NCBI GenBank assembly: GCA_964016885.1
Contig: OZ024742.1
Coordinates: 227,416,001-227,480,000, forward strand
Length of the DNA stretch: 64,000 bases
Source of the DNA: Eledone cirrhosa
Taxonomy: Eukaryota
Direction: 5' to 3'
Shown here: positions 13,042 to 28,375 of the stretch, one piece after another
Layout: every line of letters starts with the position of its first letter
Position numbering within the stretch: position 1 is the stretch's first letter
The notes under the pieces: model-generated
What the model saw: the letters and a program-made list of their open reading frames with translations, nothing else
Database searches by the model: none
What the model was told of the DNA's origin: nothing
Position numbers and translations under genes: made by a program

Positions 13042-13105
13042 TATTTTATCTGATGAAAGCGTACCAATGTTGTCTTGGTACCCTTGAAATATATATAATA
13101 AAATA
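13042..13105 (+). ncRNA. Complete minimal type I hammerhead ribozyme (family C)
   Basis: TATTTTAT-CTGATGA-AAGcGTACCAA tgttgtc TTGGTACcCTT-GAAA-TATATA-TA-ATAAAATA. Stem I has 8 bp, stem II has 11 bp with 1 mismatch, stem III is palindromic, AUA site. The host element is ~12920-13150, with relatives at 11310-11535 and 7755-7790. Confidence 0.9.
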
Positions 13106-13149
13106 AATATGGTTTTATAAATATAGTTTCCATTTATTTAATATCATTG

Positions 13150-13237
<88 letters not shown>

Positions 13238-13379
13238 TGAGTGTGTGTGCGTGTGTGTCTCTGTGTGTGTAAAAATTGCCTCCTGTGTTTTGTTTGTTTC
13301 ATTTATTAACTATATGTATATCCGTTAAGCAGATACGCCCCAGCCTCAGCTCCAACTCATTGCTTATATACACACATAT

Positions 13380-13640
13380 ATCCCAAAAGTCAGCTCAAAA
13401 GTGACACAGATGAAACTGAGGTTGGCTGGACATGCTCACCGACATCCAGAGTTGACATTGCACTCAGTGCTCCTTTGGGAGCCCCTACATGGACACACTA
13501 GAAGAGGAAGACCAAGGTTAACATATGGACAGACACTGGTCTGTTGGAGATGCAGGATATGGCAGCGATAATGAGGGACAGAGACCGCTGGAGAGAACTC
13601 GTCCATGGATCTCGGGAATTTTACCCGCCTTAGATAGTTA
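13380..13640 (+). mobile_element. RTE-clade LINE 3' end with (TAGA) tail
   Basis: PKVSSKVTQMKLRLAGHAHRHPE...LLWEPLHGHTRRGRPRLTY...MRDRDRWRELV. A near-identical 3' piece lies at 36063-36232. Confidence 0.85.
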
Positions 13641-13791
13641 GATATATATATATATAAGCAATATATATATATATATATATAAGGAATATTTATATATATA
13701 TATATATATTTATATAGATATATATATATATATGTATATATATTGTTGAAGAAATAACACAATACAGAGATAAAAAAGTCTTATTGGCATC

Positions 13792-13860
<69 letters not shown>

Positions 13861-13865
13861 TGTGT

Positions 13866-13946
<81 letters not shown>

Positions 13947-14022
13947 GTAAACAGATATAACAAAGCAAACTTCACAGTACAATGAAAAATGTTAGTTTAA
14001 CGCTTGAAATAACTGGAAAAGG

Positions 14023-14058
14023 CTCTTAACGCTTCGGACACTAGTCCTTCATCAGATG
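14023..14058 (-). ncRNA. Decayed hammerhead motif (family D)
   Basis: Minus: CTGATGA-A-GGAC tagt GTCC-GAAGCGTTA. Homologues at ~5999-6035 (+; CTGCTGA-AAGAC tagc GTCC-GCAAC) and ~28075-28110 (minus). Confidence 0.55.
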
Positions 14059-14289
14059 GTAGAATGAGAAATAAAAGATGAAATAGAAAAATAAAAAGTG
14101 AGAAGGGGAAGGAACGGAAATTTTAGGAAAAAACACACGTGCGTATTCGGTCATCCATATATATATATATGTGTGTGTGTATCTGTGTGTGCGTGTGTGT
14201 GTGTGTGTGTGTGTGAGTGTGTATGTAAGTGTGTGTGTGTCTGCGTGTGTGTGCATGTGTGTGTGCGTGTGTATGTGTGCATGTGTGCG

Positions 14290-14340
<51 letters not shown>

Positions 14341-15069
14341 ATACACACATATATACACACACACACACATAGTTGCTTCTGTCTACCAAATTTCATTCAC
14401 AAACCATTAATCAACCCAAGGCTACAGAACTACAAAGGTAGATACCTGCTTAAAGTGCCATAAAGTGGGCCTGAACCCAAGACCACAAGGCTGCTTAGTG
14501 AACTAACAAACAAAACCAAAGTGAATCAAAAAAATTTCACCCAGCAGTTTTCTCCATTAACTGATGTTGTCTGTTTATCTGAGCGAGGTTTATAATTTGG
14601 GCACAGATACATAGACTTTCAAGGCGGTAAATTGGCAGAGCCGTTAGAACGTCGGATAAGAATGCTTTATGGTATTCGTTCCAGCTTTCTGCTCTCTGAG
14701 TTAACCCCCCCCCCCCCCAACCAACTTTGCCTTTCATCCTTTCAAGGTCGATAAAAAAAAGTACCAGTCTAGTACTGGGATCGATTCTTCCTCTATATCT
14801 CTTTCTCATTTCCTCCCTCTTTCTTTCTATCTTTCTCCGCAAGAAATCTGCTGTACTCAGGCCTGGAGAGGGACGGGCTCCGCCAGGCTTAAAATGCCCA
14901 AGAAACGCTGTATGTCAATACAGCGCCCCTACAACTCTATCTGGAGTTACGGAATTGACCATACATATTGACCATACATACATAGACTTTCAAGTAGGTT
15001 ATGGTCGATTTAATCGTATTAGATGTTAGCCTGTACTTAGTCTATCTATAAGTAAAATTGTTGAATGAT

Positions 15070-15940
15070 TACCAAGCTTGCTTCGGAATCATAATGTTCC
15101 GGGTTCAATACCACTGCGTAACATCTTGGTGCAACTGTCTTTACGATAGTCTTGGGGCGACCCAAGCTACGTGAGTGAAATGTGGTAGACGGAAACCTTT
15201 TAGAAGCCCGTCAGATGGACTGTCACATATTGTGCTATGCTGATTCAGCTTTGGAAGTATAAGAGTTCACTGTGAAATACTCAGACACTTAAACTATAAC
15301 ACGTGAGATACTGTACTTGTAATTCAAAGGGCCAGCCTTGTCACTCCCTGTAAATCTTCCTGAGAATTACGTTGAGAGTGCGCCTGTCTGTTGAATGGTC
15401 AGCGTTAATTTCACGAGTAGGTTGTTCTGTTGATTGAGCCCACTGGAACACATTGTCGAAACTGATGGCGGGCCATTTCCTGCAGACTTTTTTTTCTAGT
15501 TCAGAACAAAGTATGAAACGAAAACAAAAAATGGATCTCCGTCGGTTTCGACTATGAATGTTACAGTCGTTCGATCAACAGAACAGCCTGCTCGTGAAAT
15601 TAATGTGTATGTCGTCTTAGCTGTCAACCTCCAAAAACTCAAACGAGGAGTACCATGAAAAAAAAATGCTCCAAAACAGGAAGAAATGAGGCAAAATGGG
15701 GATATTTTACTTAATGAAAGCTATACCTATTTTCACAAGAAAAGACATCTTTAACCCACCCTAAAGTGGGTGGGTGATCTCCCCGTCGGACGGGGAGAGT
15801 TGACAAGTCTGATGTAGTAGTTGAGCATTCCATAGACACGTGTAGTGGAATGAACCGCCACTTTACATGTTGGTATCACGGGTAGGCTATTCCGTTGTTC
15901 GAACAACTGGAACATTCATCGTCGAAACCAACGGAAATCC
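15070..15940. mobile_element. Cluster of SINE fragments (second SINE family) in both orientations, interrupted by a LINE-tail repeat at ~15620-15810
   Basis: Shared tcaacagaacagcctgctcgtgaaattaa core recurs at 33135-33570, 34670-35000 and 47985-48270. Confidence 0.7.
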
Positions 15941-16289
15941 ATTCCATATTTCAATATCTTGAGTTTAAAACATTTTTTTATTTCTTTTAAGACAAAATGG
16001 GGAATGGTGACCACTTGGTCTTTTTGCGCAGATGGCCAATAAAGAAATCGTTATTTCGTGTTAGAATAAATCAAACGTACCAAGTTGACCTATAACTATG
16101 ACTGTGATGTCATCGTCCCGCTTCTTTGATCTTGGAGTGAATGGACCAAGCCTTTACTCTCGCAATTATTACTCATAAATTAGCATTTGGTCATGCATAC
16201 GTACACGCATACATACATTCATATATACATACATTCTTACATACATAAACACATACGTATATACATACATATATACATGCATACGTACA

Positions 16290-16660
16290 TACATACATAC
16301 ATACACATACATACATACATACATACATACATACATACATACATACATACATACATACATACATACATACATACATGGTGGCTGCCAACTCGTTTTCGAG
16401 TACGGCCACTACTTTATATCCATGTAGGAGAACCCCCACCGATGCGCTGAACGAGTGTGACTTTTTAGTCCAGCCAGCGACTTGAAAACTCTGGAACAAA
16501 CACTACACTTGTGACAATTATTGACACATAGTGCTGGGCCCATGGTACCCTGTGACGACAAGTGCAGAGAGATCTCCAGATATAAAGCAATGCCTGTGCC
16601 GTGAAGCTTTTATAGTGAGCAAAGGCACTGCACAAAGCCAGTCCCACTCTCTTAACCATA
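16290..16660 (-). mobile_element. LINE 3' end with C2H2-like motif and (TATG)n tail
   Basis: HKCSVC.RVFKSLAGLKSHTRSAHR. Copies on plus at 56850-57065 and 57140-57420. Confidence 0.75.
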
Positions 16661-17565
16661 CATACATACATACATACATACATACATACATACATACATA
16701 CATACATAAATGCGTACGTACATGCATACACACATGCATACACACACACACATACATACATATATACATACATATATATCTACATACACACATATATGCA
16801 TATAATGCATATATATATATATATATTATAACACGAACTGGCGCGAAATTTATTATACTTATTGACCAACCAATCAAATTACTTCTCTAAAAACCTGGCG
16901 TTTCGAGCCACTTTTTTCCATATAAAACAAGTAACAATCAAAGACCAACAAAGACCAACCAGATGTGAGAAAAACCACAGACCCTCCATCTCAACTCTAC
17001 TTTTGAAAAGCAGAAGAACTGCGAAACCGGTAAAGGAACCAAATAAATATATAGATTTTTTTTTTTTAATAAGACTCCAGTTGCATTTTCGATTTCATCT
17101 TTTTTTCTTTATACTTTCACTCGTGTAGGACACCTCTGTTATTTTTCATTTTGTAAAATAAAACTCACTTTCTAATATATATATATATATATATATTCCT
17201 TGTTGAGAATCCAAGTACTGGCCACTGTCGTTTACCAATCGATTAATTGGTGAAATATATTTCTTTAATGGAATATATACAAGGAAAATTAATCATCTTA
17301 TATTTTTGAAGTTCTAGTTAACTTTAATTAGTTACCTACCTAGCTATGTGTGATTACACACTTGTACAAATTATCCCCTGTGATTGTTTCATATCTTTAT
17401 TTATATGTTAATCAATTTCTAGTTGTTATAAAATGCTCGGACCTATTCATTAGAATCTTAGAGCTTATTTTACGGGTGATATGGCGCATGTCTTTCTGGC
17501 ATGACACCCATAATTTGGGTGATTGTTTCATATGTTTATTTATATGTTAATCAATTTCTAGTTGT

Positions 17566-17667
<102 letters not shown>

Positions 17668-18409
17668 TACACATATATACATACGTATGCACACATGCAT
17701 GCAAACGTACATATATAATTACGCATACACACATAAGTACTCATACATACACTTTCACACACATATGGGTCGGAATTAAAATCTATAGAAAATTTGTTTT
17801 TCATAAGTGTGAATCAGAGAGCTCTAGGGAAATCTTGTCACGTTTATTTTTGTCTTTCAGCCATCCTCGATCATTTAATCTATATATAAATTTGAGCGAA
17901 TTCCGTCCGTCAAATAATGTGTGTGGGTGTGTGTGAGTGTTAGGCGGGGGGTATTCGTGCGTGCGTGTGTAAAAGGAAAGAAGGGGATGGTAAAAAACTA
18001 TAGCAAAACAGCGGCTGGTGTTCCATTTGCTACGCTGTGTGAGTGCATGTGTATTTGTGTAAATGTATGTGCGTGTACGTTTGTGTGGATGTATGTGTGT
18101 GTTTGTGTGAATGTATGTGTATTTGTGTGCATGTGTGTAACTTTGTAAGTGTGCCTGTGTTTTCTCGTTTATATTTATATACTCATACATATAAATGTAT
18201 GCATATGCGCGCGCACACAGGCACACGCATAAACACATACGCGTTAGCGTGTAACAAATTTCTAGTATAGATATAATGGACGAATAGCCAAGCGGAAAAG
18301 TTAAGACATTTTATTTTTCTATCACGTTTCTACAAGAACAAGCGAAAAAAATAATCTTAAAAAAAAATGAAAGACTTTGCTCAAGCTCTATTATTAATAT
18401 ATTCTCATC

Positions 18410-18830
18410 CCAATCTCATATCTGAATATCGGAGGTCATGGACTTATGGACCAGCCCACTCCATCTTTTCCTGTCTCTTACCATTGCTGTACATTCCGCC
18501 AAACTCCTTCCTGTCCATTCCTTAATATCATCCGTCCATCTCCTTTTCTGCCATCCCCTGGCTCTTTTCCCCAGTATTCGTCCCGTCATTCGTTACATGA
18601 CAAAGTTACTGAGGTTTCTTTTTCCTTACTGTTTCAACTATCTGTCAATTGGCTCCAATCTCTTCCAAGACAGATTCATTTGTTCTGTGAGCTGTCCAGC
18701 TAATTCTAAGTGCACGCCTATACCATGACATTTCAAACTCACTCAGTCGTTTCAAGTCAGATGCCTTTAAAGTCCATGACTCACAACCATATAGAGCTAC
18801 CGGCCACACTAATGTTTTGATTACTTTCTT
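18410..18830 (-). pseudogene. RTE (BovB-like) LINE ORF C-terminal fragment
   Basis: Minus translation KTLVWPVALYGCESWTLKASDLKRLSEFEMSWYRRALRISWTAHRTNESVLEEIG...GRILGKRARGWQ. Confidence 0.88.
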
Positions 18831-19044
18831 TTTTTCATAATCTAAACATTGACTCGCGGAATTTGGTATTAAACATTTATCGCACTCAATCTCGTGTCAC
18901 CAGAGAGTTCACAATCAAGAATTATTGTAATATAACTAACATTTTATTTATTTATCTGGTGGTTGGAACATATCTTAACAAAGGTTCCTACATAAAATTA
19001 TATTGGAAGTTTTATTTAGATAGAAATAAACATTTTACAGTTTC

Positions 19045-19235
19045 AGACCTGTCAACTCTCCCCGTCCGACGGGGAGATCTCCCACCCACTTTGGGGTGGG
19101 TGAGAGATGTCTTCACTTGTGAAAATGGATATAGCTTTCATTATGTAAAATCTCCTCATTTTGCCTCATTCCTCCCCGTTTTGAGGCACTTTTTTTCATG
19201 GTACTCCCCGTTTGGGTTTTTAGAGGTTGGTAGGT
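19045..19235 (+). mobile_element. ~190-bp interspersed repeat with twin hairpins (probable LINE 3' UTR)
   Basis: Hairpins ctccccgtc/gacggggag and cccaccc/gggtggg. Copies at 15620-15810 (minus) and 26440-26630. Confidence 0.7.
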
Positions 19236-19524
19236 CTGTACCTTAGAATCAAGTGGCAGTTTCAGGCACTTTGGAATCAAAAGGACTAAGGAAGCAAGTG
19301 TTTGTGGAATATTCAGTCACTTTAAACGTGAATTCATCGAGTAGGTAGGTCATTCGGTTTATTAAATAATTAGGACGCTAATACGTCGTTCTCGACGGAA
19401 GAGCCCATTACATATGCTAATTAACTAGTAGAATCTCGATGTGTAGACTTCAATTAGTGGGTAAATCATTAGTATAACAGCCAGAAAACACGACTGTTGC
19501 ATGTGAAGAGGAAAAGAGAGGTGT

Positions 19525-19525
19525 A

Positions 19526-19558
<33 letters not shown>

Positions 19559-20005
19559 GGTGGTGGTGGTGGTGGTGGTGGTGGTAGTGGTGGTGGTGGT
19601 GGTCGTCGTCGTCGTCGTGATGTTGGCGGTGGTAGCGTTGGGGGGGGGGGGCACAGTTGCTGCTGTTGCTGTTGTTGTTATTGCTACTGATGCTGTTGTT
19701 GTTGTTGTTGGTGGTGTTGGTGGTGGAGATGGTGGTGGGGGTGGGGGAGCTTCTGCTGCTGCTTCTGCTGTTGTTTTTGTTATTGTTGTTATTGTTATTG
19801 GTGGGGGTGGGGGTGGAGGAGCTGTTGCTGCTGTTGTTATTGTTGTTATCGTCACTGTTGTTGTTGTTGTTGGTGGTGGTGGTGATGATGTTGGCGGTGG
19901 TGGTGGTGGGGGAGCCACTGCTGTTGCTGCTGTTGTTGTTGTTGTTGTTATCGTCACTGTTGTTGTTTGTTGTTATCGCTGTTGCTGCTGCAGCTGTTAT
20001 TGCTG

Positions 20006-20037
<32 letters not shown>

Positions 20038-20248
20038 GGTAGTAGTAGTAGTAGTGGGGGGGGGGGGGGGGTTACTGCTGCTGCTGATGTTGTTGTTGTT
20101 ATTATTGTTATCGTCATTGTTGTCGTGTTGTTGATGTTGTCGCTATTGCTGCTACTGTTGTTGTTTGTTGTTGTTGTTGGTGGTGGTGGTGGTGGTGCTG
20201 CTGCTGCTGTTGTTGCTGTTGTTGTTTGTTGTTGGTGGTGGTGGTGCT

Positions 20249-20279
<31 letters not shown>

Positions 20280-20292
20280 TTGTTGTTTGTTG

Positions 20293-20324
<32 letters not shown>

Positions 20325-20385
20325 GGTGCTGCTGCTGCTGCTGCTGTCGTTGCTGTTGTTGTTTGTTGTTGTTTGTTGTTGTAAG
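19525..20385. repeat. Long compound triplet repeat (GTT/GGT/GCT)
   Basis: Visible directly; gives homopolymeric ORFs in several frames. Confidence 0.95.
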
Positions 20386-21519
20386 TCATATATATTAATG
20401 GAAAAAAAATCTGAGATGCGACGAAAGAAAAGATATGGAATTTAATTTGGTTAAAATGTTCAGTGAATTCAAAAAGTTGCTGGCACCATATTATACTAAA
20501 TTACACCGAGAAGCAGTAAGTTTAACCCGTTCGAGACCCTATTTCTACTGACATACATTCTGTTTCAGTTAATTTTTGAAGAATTCTTTGAGGATTTACT
20601 AAATTTATTAATTATTTCATTATTAAGGTATTAACTTAACACATGGTTCTTATATAAAAATACAGAAGATTTTTCTTTGTACAGTAACACCTCAAGATGT
20701 GTGGTTGTGTTTCATAGAACTAGATCCGGTTATGCTGGGTTAATGGAGAATTCTGAAGGGTTTATGAAAAATTATTAATTATGTTATTACTAAAATAAAG
20801 ACTTAGGCAAGTGTCGAAACCAGTTTTAAGATATTACCAATATCGAAAACAGTTTCCCAAACAAGCCAACAATAGAAATATGACCTGATAGAAATAGTAG
20901 CCAAATCTCCATCAATTCTCACTCAACGATATGTTTTTAAAAAAGCGATGGATATATCGAATAAAGTAATATTTGATGTGAAAAAAAAATTGCGATGGTC
21001 CGTCCATATATATGAACGACTTGAACTTTTCAGAGAATATTCGAGATGGATTTCTCTTCTCATTTAACCAATTCATCGACAAAGCCAAAGAGGGTATTAA
21101 ATATACCAAGACGACGTTTCAATTCTCAACAAAACCTTAATATCAAAAATATTTTCAAGAATAGTCTAAGTTGGCAATTTATACCCTGACTAACCTCCCC
21201 CCCTTTCCGGAGTGGATCGTTTTAATTTCTTCATGTATCAAACAATAGCGGATTAAAAGACTGGAGTGTAGCCAGAGACCCGCAATATTTAAATGGATCC
21301 TAGATTAATTTGTTTTGCTATCATAAATAATACATAAAGACCCCTATGAAATATTAATCTAGGAGTCCCATACAAGCTTAATCCACCACTGGCTTCTAGT
21401 GTGCAATGTATATATAATTGTTTCTACCTTTGGCACAAGGCCAGCAATTATCCCAGTGCATATATAATGACAGAACGTTTCAGTGACTGATAGTATTGAA
21501 ATATCGGGTTTAAACATCT

Positions 21520-22440
<921 letters not shown>

Positions 22441-22456
22441 ATATATATATATATAT

Positions 22457-24100
22457 CCCTCGAAAGAAAAGAGGGTTAATCCGTCGGGACACTTGTCATC
22501 GCCACGGTCGTGGCCAGCCGGCTCCAATTATGTCGTTCAGAGCAACGTGACGGGGAAGCCGACCTGCACTAAGGCGACAAGATGTCGGGTACAACCGAAC
22601 ACGTCGACCATTGCTACACAACATCTGTGTGGCTTGCACACGTGGAGGCCGAGGGCAGTGTCACTCCATCGCGGACGCACTCATCATCAAGACGAGTACC
22701 GGTTGATAAGGAAGGCACCGATTGGAGCCAAGCGCCACTGTGTGGTTGCGAGGCAGAGCGTAGGCAGGCGAGACGGTATTGGTCCGAAGAAAATTCGATC
22801 ATCCTGATGGCAGACTTGCACTTGACATTGTACCAGTTACGTTGGACGTCAGTACACTGGAGGATTCAAGGCCTTCGGCGATATAATCAGCCAAGGCAGA
22901 TATCAGTTTTGGGGCCGCGTCAGGTTCTGTCGTCTTGCGGAGGAGCTCGTTGATGAGGGTGCGGATGGAGGAGACTGGGGAGAGATAGACCGACAGTACC
23001 AAGTCAAGTGTGGATCGGAGGCCAAGGCTGCCGAATCTCACAGGGAGTTTCGCCTGTTGTCAGCCGGCACTGTCAAAGCAGATGAGTTCGGCACAGCGTC
23101 GGGTAGTGGCATCGTATTCGACGAATCGATCTATTAGAGCGTGGCAAGGCGCACCGCGAAACGTGAAGAGGAATTTGGGGAAAGCGAAGCAGTTACTCAA
23201 AAGGAAGAGCGCCTCGTTAGGTCTCCAGGCACTGACGTATGGCTTTCAAGAGGATTGGAGATCCGAGAAGGTAGACGGCGTCCTTCGAGGTCAGCTGAGC
23301 CCGTCTGGAAAGGATCGATGCTGAGTACGGTGTCTTGGAATTTGACTTCACCGTAGCTAACATTGACAACCTCGGACTTAGAAGGGTTAATCCCCACTCC
23401 TAGGTGCCTTAGGTCATGGATGACCCGTTGGAGGTCCTCAGCAATAGACTCAATCGAGCCTCCCAGAGTTGTGTCGTCTTAGTACCAGACATTGAATGGC
23501 GAGCGGACTGAGTCGGCGATGTCATCAACAGTGAACGCGAAAAGTAGCGGGTCGCGTGAGTCCTCTTGATGGACGCCATGAGTGTACTGGGTGTTTCGTA
23601 AGAGAGGTATGTGAGAGGGTGCAACGAGGGAGCACGTCTTAGACACATCTCAAAGACACGATCCCATTTAATGCGAAGGCGTTACGCATGTCCAGCTTCA
23701 CAAGGTAAGGTGACGAAGGAGGCGCATGCTCTATGAAGTGTCTGACCGTACATCCTCACTTCACTCCCACTCCTAGTTGGACATGGCTGAATACCTTGGC
23801 CACAAGTTGCCGAAAGACGTTGCCCATTGCCGTGGGCCATATGCCACCATCATTCTTCTTCAACACCGACAAGTTGGCTGAGAAGAGATCACGGGCATGG
23901 CGGATGAGGTCGGCACGAAGAAGCTTGTTGGTGAGAGGGATAATGGATCGGAGCAGTCGTGCTCCCGCCTCAGTGGAATGTAGCGAGTTTGATCTCTGGG
24001 GTGGCTGGGTCGCAAGTCATCCACTCCGCTGCTGCTGCTCCCTGGGAAGGACCCCACAGTTACTGTCGCATCCTCGTCAGACGAGAACAAGGCAGTAACA
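22457..24100 (-). mobile_element. CRE-type (restriction-like endonuclease) non-LTR retrotransposon, degraded
   Basis: Minus-strand fragments include ..KNDGGIWPTAMGNVFRQLVAK, LVKLDMRNAF, GVGINPSKSE, GSLGLRST, SGAWLQSVPSLSTGTRLDD and a terminal ..RGDDKCPDG. Multiple frameshifts; 3' side abuts (TA)n. Confidence 0.8.
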
Positions 24101-25389
24101 CTGTCAGAGATCTGGAAGGCCCTAATGTTAGCCGGCGACCAGGGCCCAATTTTGACGCTGGGGGCCCCTCATACACACAAAAAAAAAATACACAGTAAAC
24201 AGTAAACCCACAATTCTACGTCTCAAAGTTAGCTTGGCACAAGTAATTTGAATTGAAAAGTTATACATACAGGTATTAAATTAAAAAAAATCTAACCATC
24301 CTCATTTTACGCCCACTTTCCACATTGGCATGTGTTGGGCGGGTTGTGATAGTTCAAGATTAGACATATCAGAGCGACCTCATCTTGCTCATACATTACA
24401 TATTTGGCATGGTTTCTATGGCTGTATGCCCTTCCTAACATAGCCACTTTAGAGTGTTTGATGAGTGCATTGTTTTTGCGATACCAGCCCAACCACTTTA
24501 CACAGTTGACTAGGTATATTCTATCAAGGCGCATACACCAACAATTTACAGAATGCACTGAATGCATTTTATCGTAGTACTAATACTAAAGAGGTCGTCG
24601 CATACTCGACCAGACTAAAGTGTTCCCTTAAACACTATATTGTTTCCATTCGATCTCTCATCACACTGCTAGTGCTGATGGGCATGTCTTTTGTATTATG
24701 ATATCATCAATCAGCTCTGTCCTGTATCATCTCCTTTGTTTCTTGATGTCATTCTTCAGTTTCTTGATGATATCCTTCAGTTTTCTTGATGTCATTCTTT
24801 ACAACTTCGTCTCATGTTTTCCAAATACTTTTTATTAGAATATTGCTCTAATAATGATCTGATATCTCTAAAGTTAAGAACATTTGATGAATTTTCCCAC
24901 AGTAAGGACATTAAATACTTTTTGTTTAAAATATAGTTTTCGTTGTCAAACGATTAAAACTAAAAAGCCTAGCAAAGAATACATTGCTACTGCCGTCGCT
25001 GGTGCCCCCCCCCCCCCTGATAGAGTGTCCACCCCAATTAAATCCGACCCTGCCGCTGGATCCGACAGAGGGCGGCCAGGACTTCCGGTGTGGGTTGGAG
25101 TACCGTGTTGCTTGAAACCAACAGCTGAACGTCGCCCTCGATTAATTTCCAATTGACTCACCCATGGAGCCGTGGGCTATTGTTTAAGGATCTCGCAGGG
25201 AGTATTTAAAGTTGGAATTGGGCAGGAAACAACAATGCCTGTAGCGAGGGTGAATATGGTGTCGTCATCAAATATAGAAACGTTTCTACAGAACAATGTA
25301 ATCAGAAGAGAGAGAAACCACATCGCTATTACATTATTATATTGTCAATGATCGGTGAAAGCGCGAAACACCTGTGTGAACGTGTGTGT

Positions 25390-25537
<148 letters not shown>

Positions 25538-25722
25538 GAGAGCGTGTGCGTGCGTGCGTGCGTGTACTCACACATGAATAAATATACAAACAGGCAGGCA
25601 GATAGCTAAATAGATAAGTAGTTAGATAAGAAGATAGATAGATAGATATGTTTCTTTATTAGCCACAGGGGCACGAAAGAAGGGGACAAATACAAAGGGG
25701 GAAGTTTACATACAATAAAAAA

Positions 25723-25769
<47 letters not shown>

Positions 25770-25925
25770 TATTTCTTTATTAGCCACAGATCAAATAGAA
25801 AAGACTTAAGAATAAATCAAAATAGAGACACGTCTTCCTGTGGATGGCAGACATGTAAGAGGAAAGCGGCATTGATAAATGTTACTCTTCGGTTCAAATA
25901 AATTATTCAGCTTGTATGGAACGAT

Positions 25926-25957
<32 letters not shown>

Positions 25958-26147
25958 GAGGGTGTTTTTTGGCGTGCTGTCTATCACAGTATCTGACATA
26001 ACCTCTCTGCTGGGTCAGGATGGGGAATAGATTTTGTAAATGACTGGTAGACCACACACTGAACTATAAATGAACAGGTAGACTGCACACTAAACTGTAA
26101 CTGTGCAGGTAGACTGCACACTGAACTGTAGATTATCAGGTAGTATA

Positions 26148-26341
26148 TATGTATGGACCCCTAACTCCTGGTGGGGTCATAGTAGCGTAAAGGGAGTCTT
26201 GGGCACTTTAAACTTGGTGGAGCTCATTTCCTCCCCCAAATAACCAAATAGACCAAATGCTGAAGTGGCACCGAAAGAAAGAAAGAAGGAAAGAATTAAA
26301 GAAAGAAAGAAAGAAAGAAAGAAAAGATAAAGAAAGAAAAA

Positions 26342-26430
<89 letters not shown>
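26148..26430. mobile_element. Interspersed repeat end joined to a (GAAA)n tract; second copy 27126-27265
   Basis: gtatggaccc...ccaaatgctgaagtggcaccGAAAGAAAG is shared by both copies. Confidence 0.65.
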
Positions 26431-26433
<3 letters not shown>

Positions 26434-27710
26434 CAGACCTATCAACTCTCCGCGTCCGACGGGAAAATCTCCCACCCACTTTGAGATAGGTGAGAGGAGA
26501 GATGTCTTCTCTTGTGAAAATGGGTATAGCTTTCATTATGTAAAATCTCCCCATTTTGCCTCATTTCTCCCCGTTTTGGGGCACTCTTTTTCATGGTACT
26601 CCCTGTTTGGGTTTTTAGATGTTGGCAGGTCTACTCGTTTAAAAACATCAATTTTATTCAAGCCATTATTTCAGACATTAAGTTCACTATAAACTAGTAA
26701 AACTAATATTTTGTATGTTCATCTTTTGCCTCCTTGACCGCTTGATTACTACGGAGGATGTTGAATATAAGAGTCTAGTAATATTCCTATGAAAGTTATT
26801 TGATCAGTACATCCTTAAGTAAGAAGTTTGCACTGGGTGGCTATTTGTCTACCAACCCATTTTAACATAAACCTCACCGTCTGAGTAATATGTGTCACAT
26901 CAAGGTACTATCTGGGTTCTTTGAATATCAGAAAGTAATGGTGTTTAGTCCACTCTTGACGTATGTATATTAACAAAACAAAAAAAATCCTCTAGAATAA
27001 CTTCATAGCCACATACATATACACCAGGTCCGAACACAAAGGAACCAAACACCCACTATCACTGTCTCCGTCCCTCCCGATTTCCCCATCTCTCACTATT
27101 AGGAGCAATTGGGGCCCACGTGCTGTGTATGGACCCGTAACTCCTGGCGGAGTCATAGTACCGTACAGGGAGTCTTGGGCATTTGGAACTTGGTGGAGCT
27201 CATCTGCTCCCCCAAATAACCAGATAGACCAAATGCTAAAGTGGCACCGAAAGAAAGAAAGAAAGAGGTAAAGAAAATACTAAGATGAATGAAATTAGAG
27301 AGGAAATATAAATATATATAAAACGTGTTTCTCTTGAAAAGCTCTCTATTACTTCAATCAGTCATTAACAACTTAACTTCGATCAGATGAATTGATACTT
27401 GATTGCTACGTGTGTATAATAAATACCAGTTGGGTTGTGATTCTTGTGAATCAATGGAGTAAATAAATAAGTGTTTAATGTTTAATGTTAAATATTTACA
27501 TTATCAATACCATGTGTTGACGTTACCTTTTAATATCATTTACAATATAAAGTGTGAGAATACCAGGCTTATCAGTCATATCGATTACCGTTATCATTCA
27601 TTAAAGGTTAATTAAGTTTATCTCTATAATAATGACTGCAATGGATTTTTTGTCTGTCCGTCACACGAGCGCTATGCCCTTATAAATACGGAGTTGATTG
27701 GCATCGGTGT

Positions 27711-27769
<59 letters not shown>

Positions 27770-27842
27770 ATCTATCTATCTATCTATCTGTCTGTCTATC
27801 TATCTCTGTTTTTCTCACTCTCCTCCTCTCTATTTATCTATA

Positions 27843-27917
<75 letters not shown>

Positions 27918-28338
27918 CCGTCTGTCTGTGTATGTATGTATGTCTCTGTGTGTATGTGTGTGTGTCTGTCTGTGTGTGTCTGTGTGTGTCTGTCTGTCTG
28001 TGTGCGAAAAATAAATGAAAAAAAAACACAAGGAAACGATACAGTACAATGAATATATATCTATATTAGTTTAACGCTTGATGTTTCCGAAGTCAGTCAT
28101 TCATCAGAAGATAAAATAAGAGATAAAAGAAAAATAGAAAAATAAATGAGTGTAAGAGGAAGAAGCAGAATTTGTTTTTCCCGGAGGGAAAGCACGTCTG
28201 TGTTAAGTCAGTTATTATGGCAGATTATAAGTGTGAACACAGAATCTCTGCCTTCACCCTTACAAAGGATCTCCAGACACTAAAATCTGTAGGCACAGAT
28301 ATGAGCATTTCAAAATACTACTGGCAAATATTTGTTAT

Positions 28339-28369
<31 letters not shown>

Positions 28370-28375
<6 letters not shown>

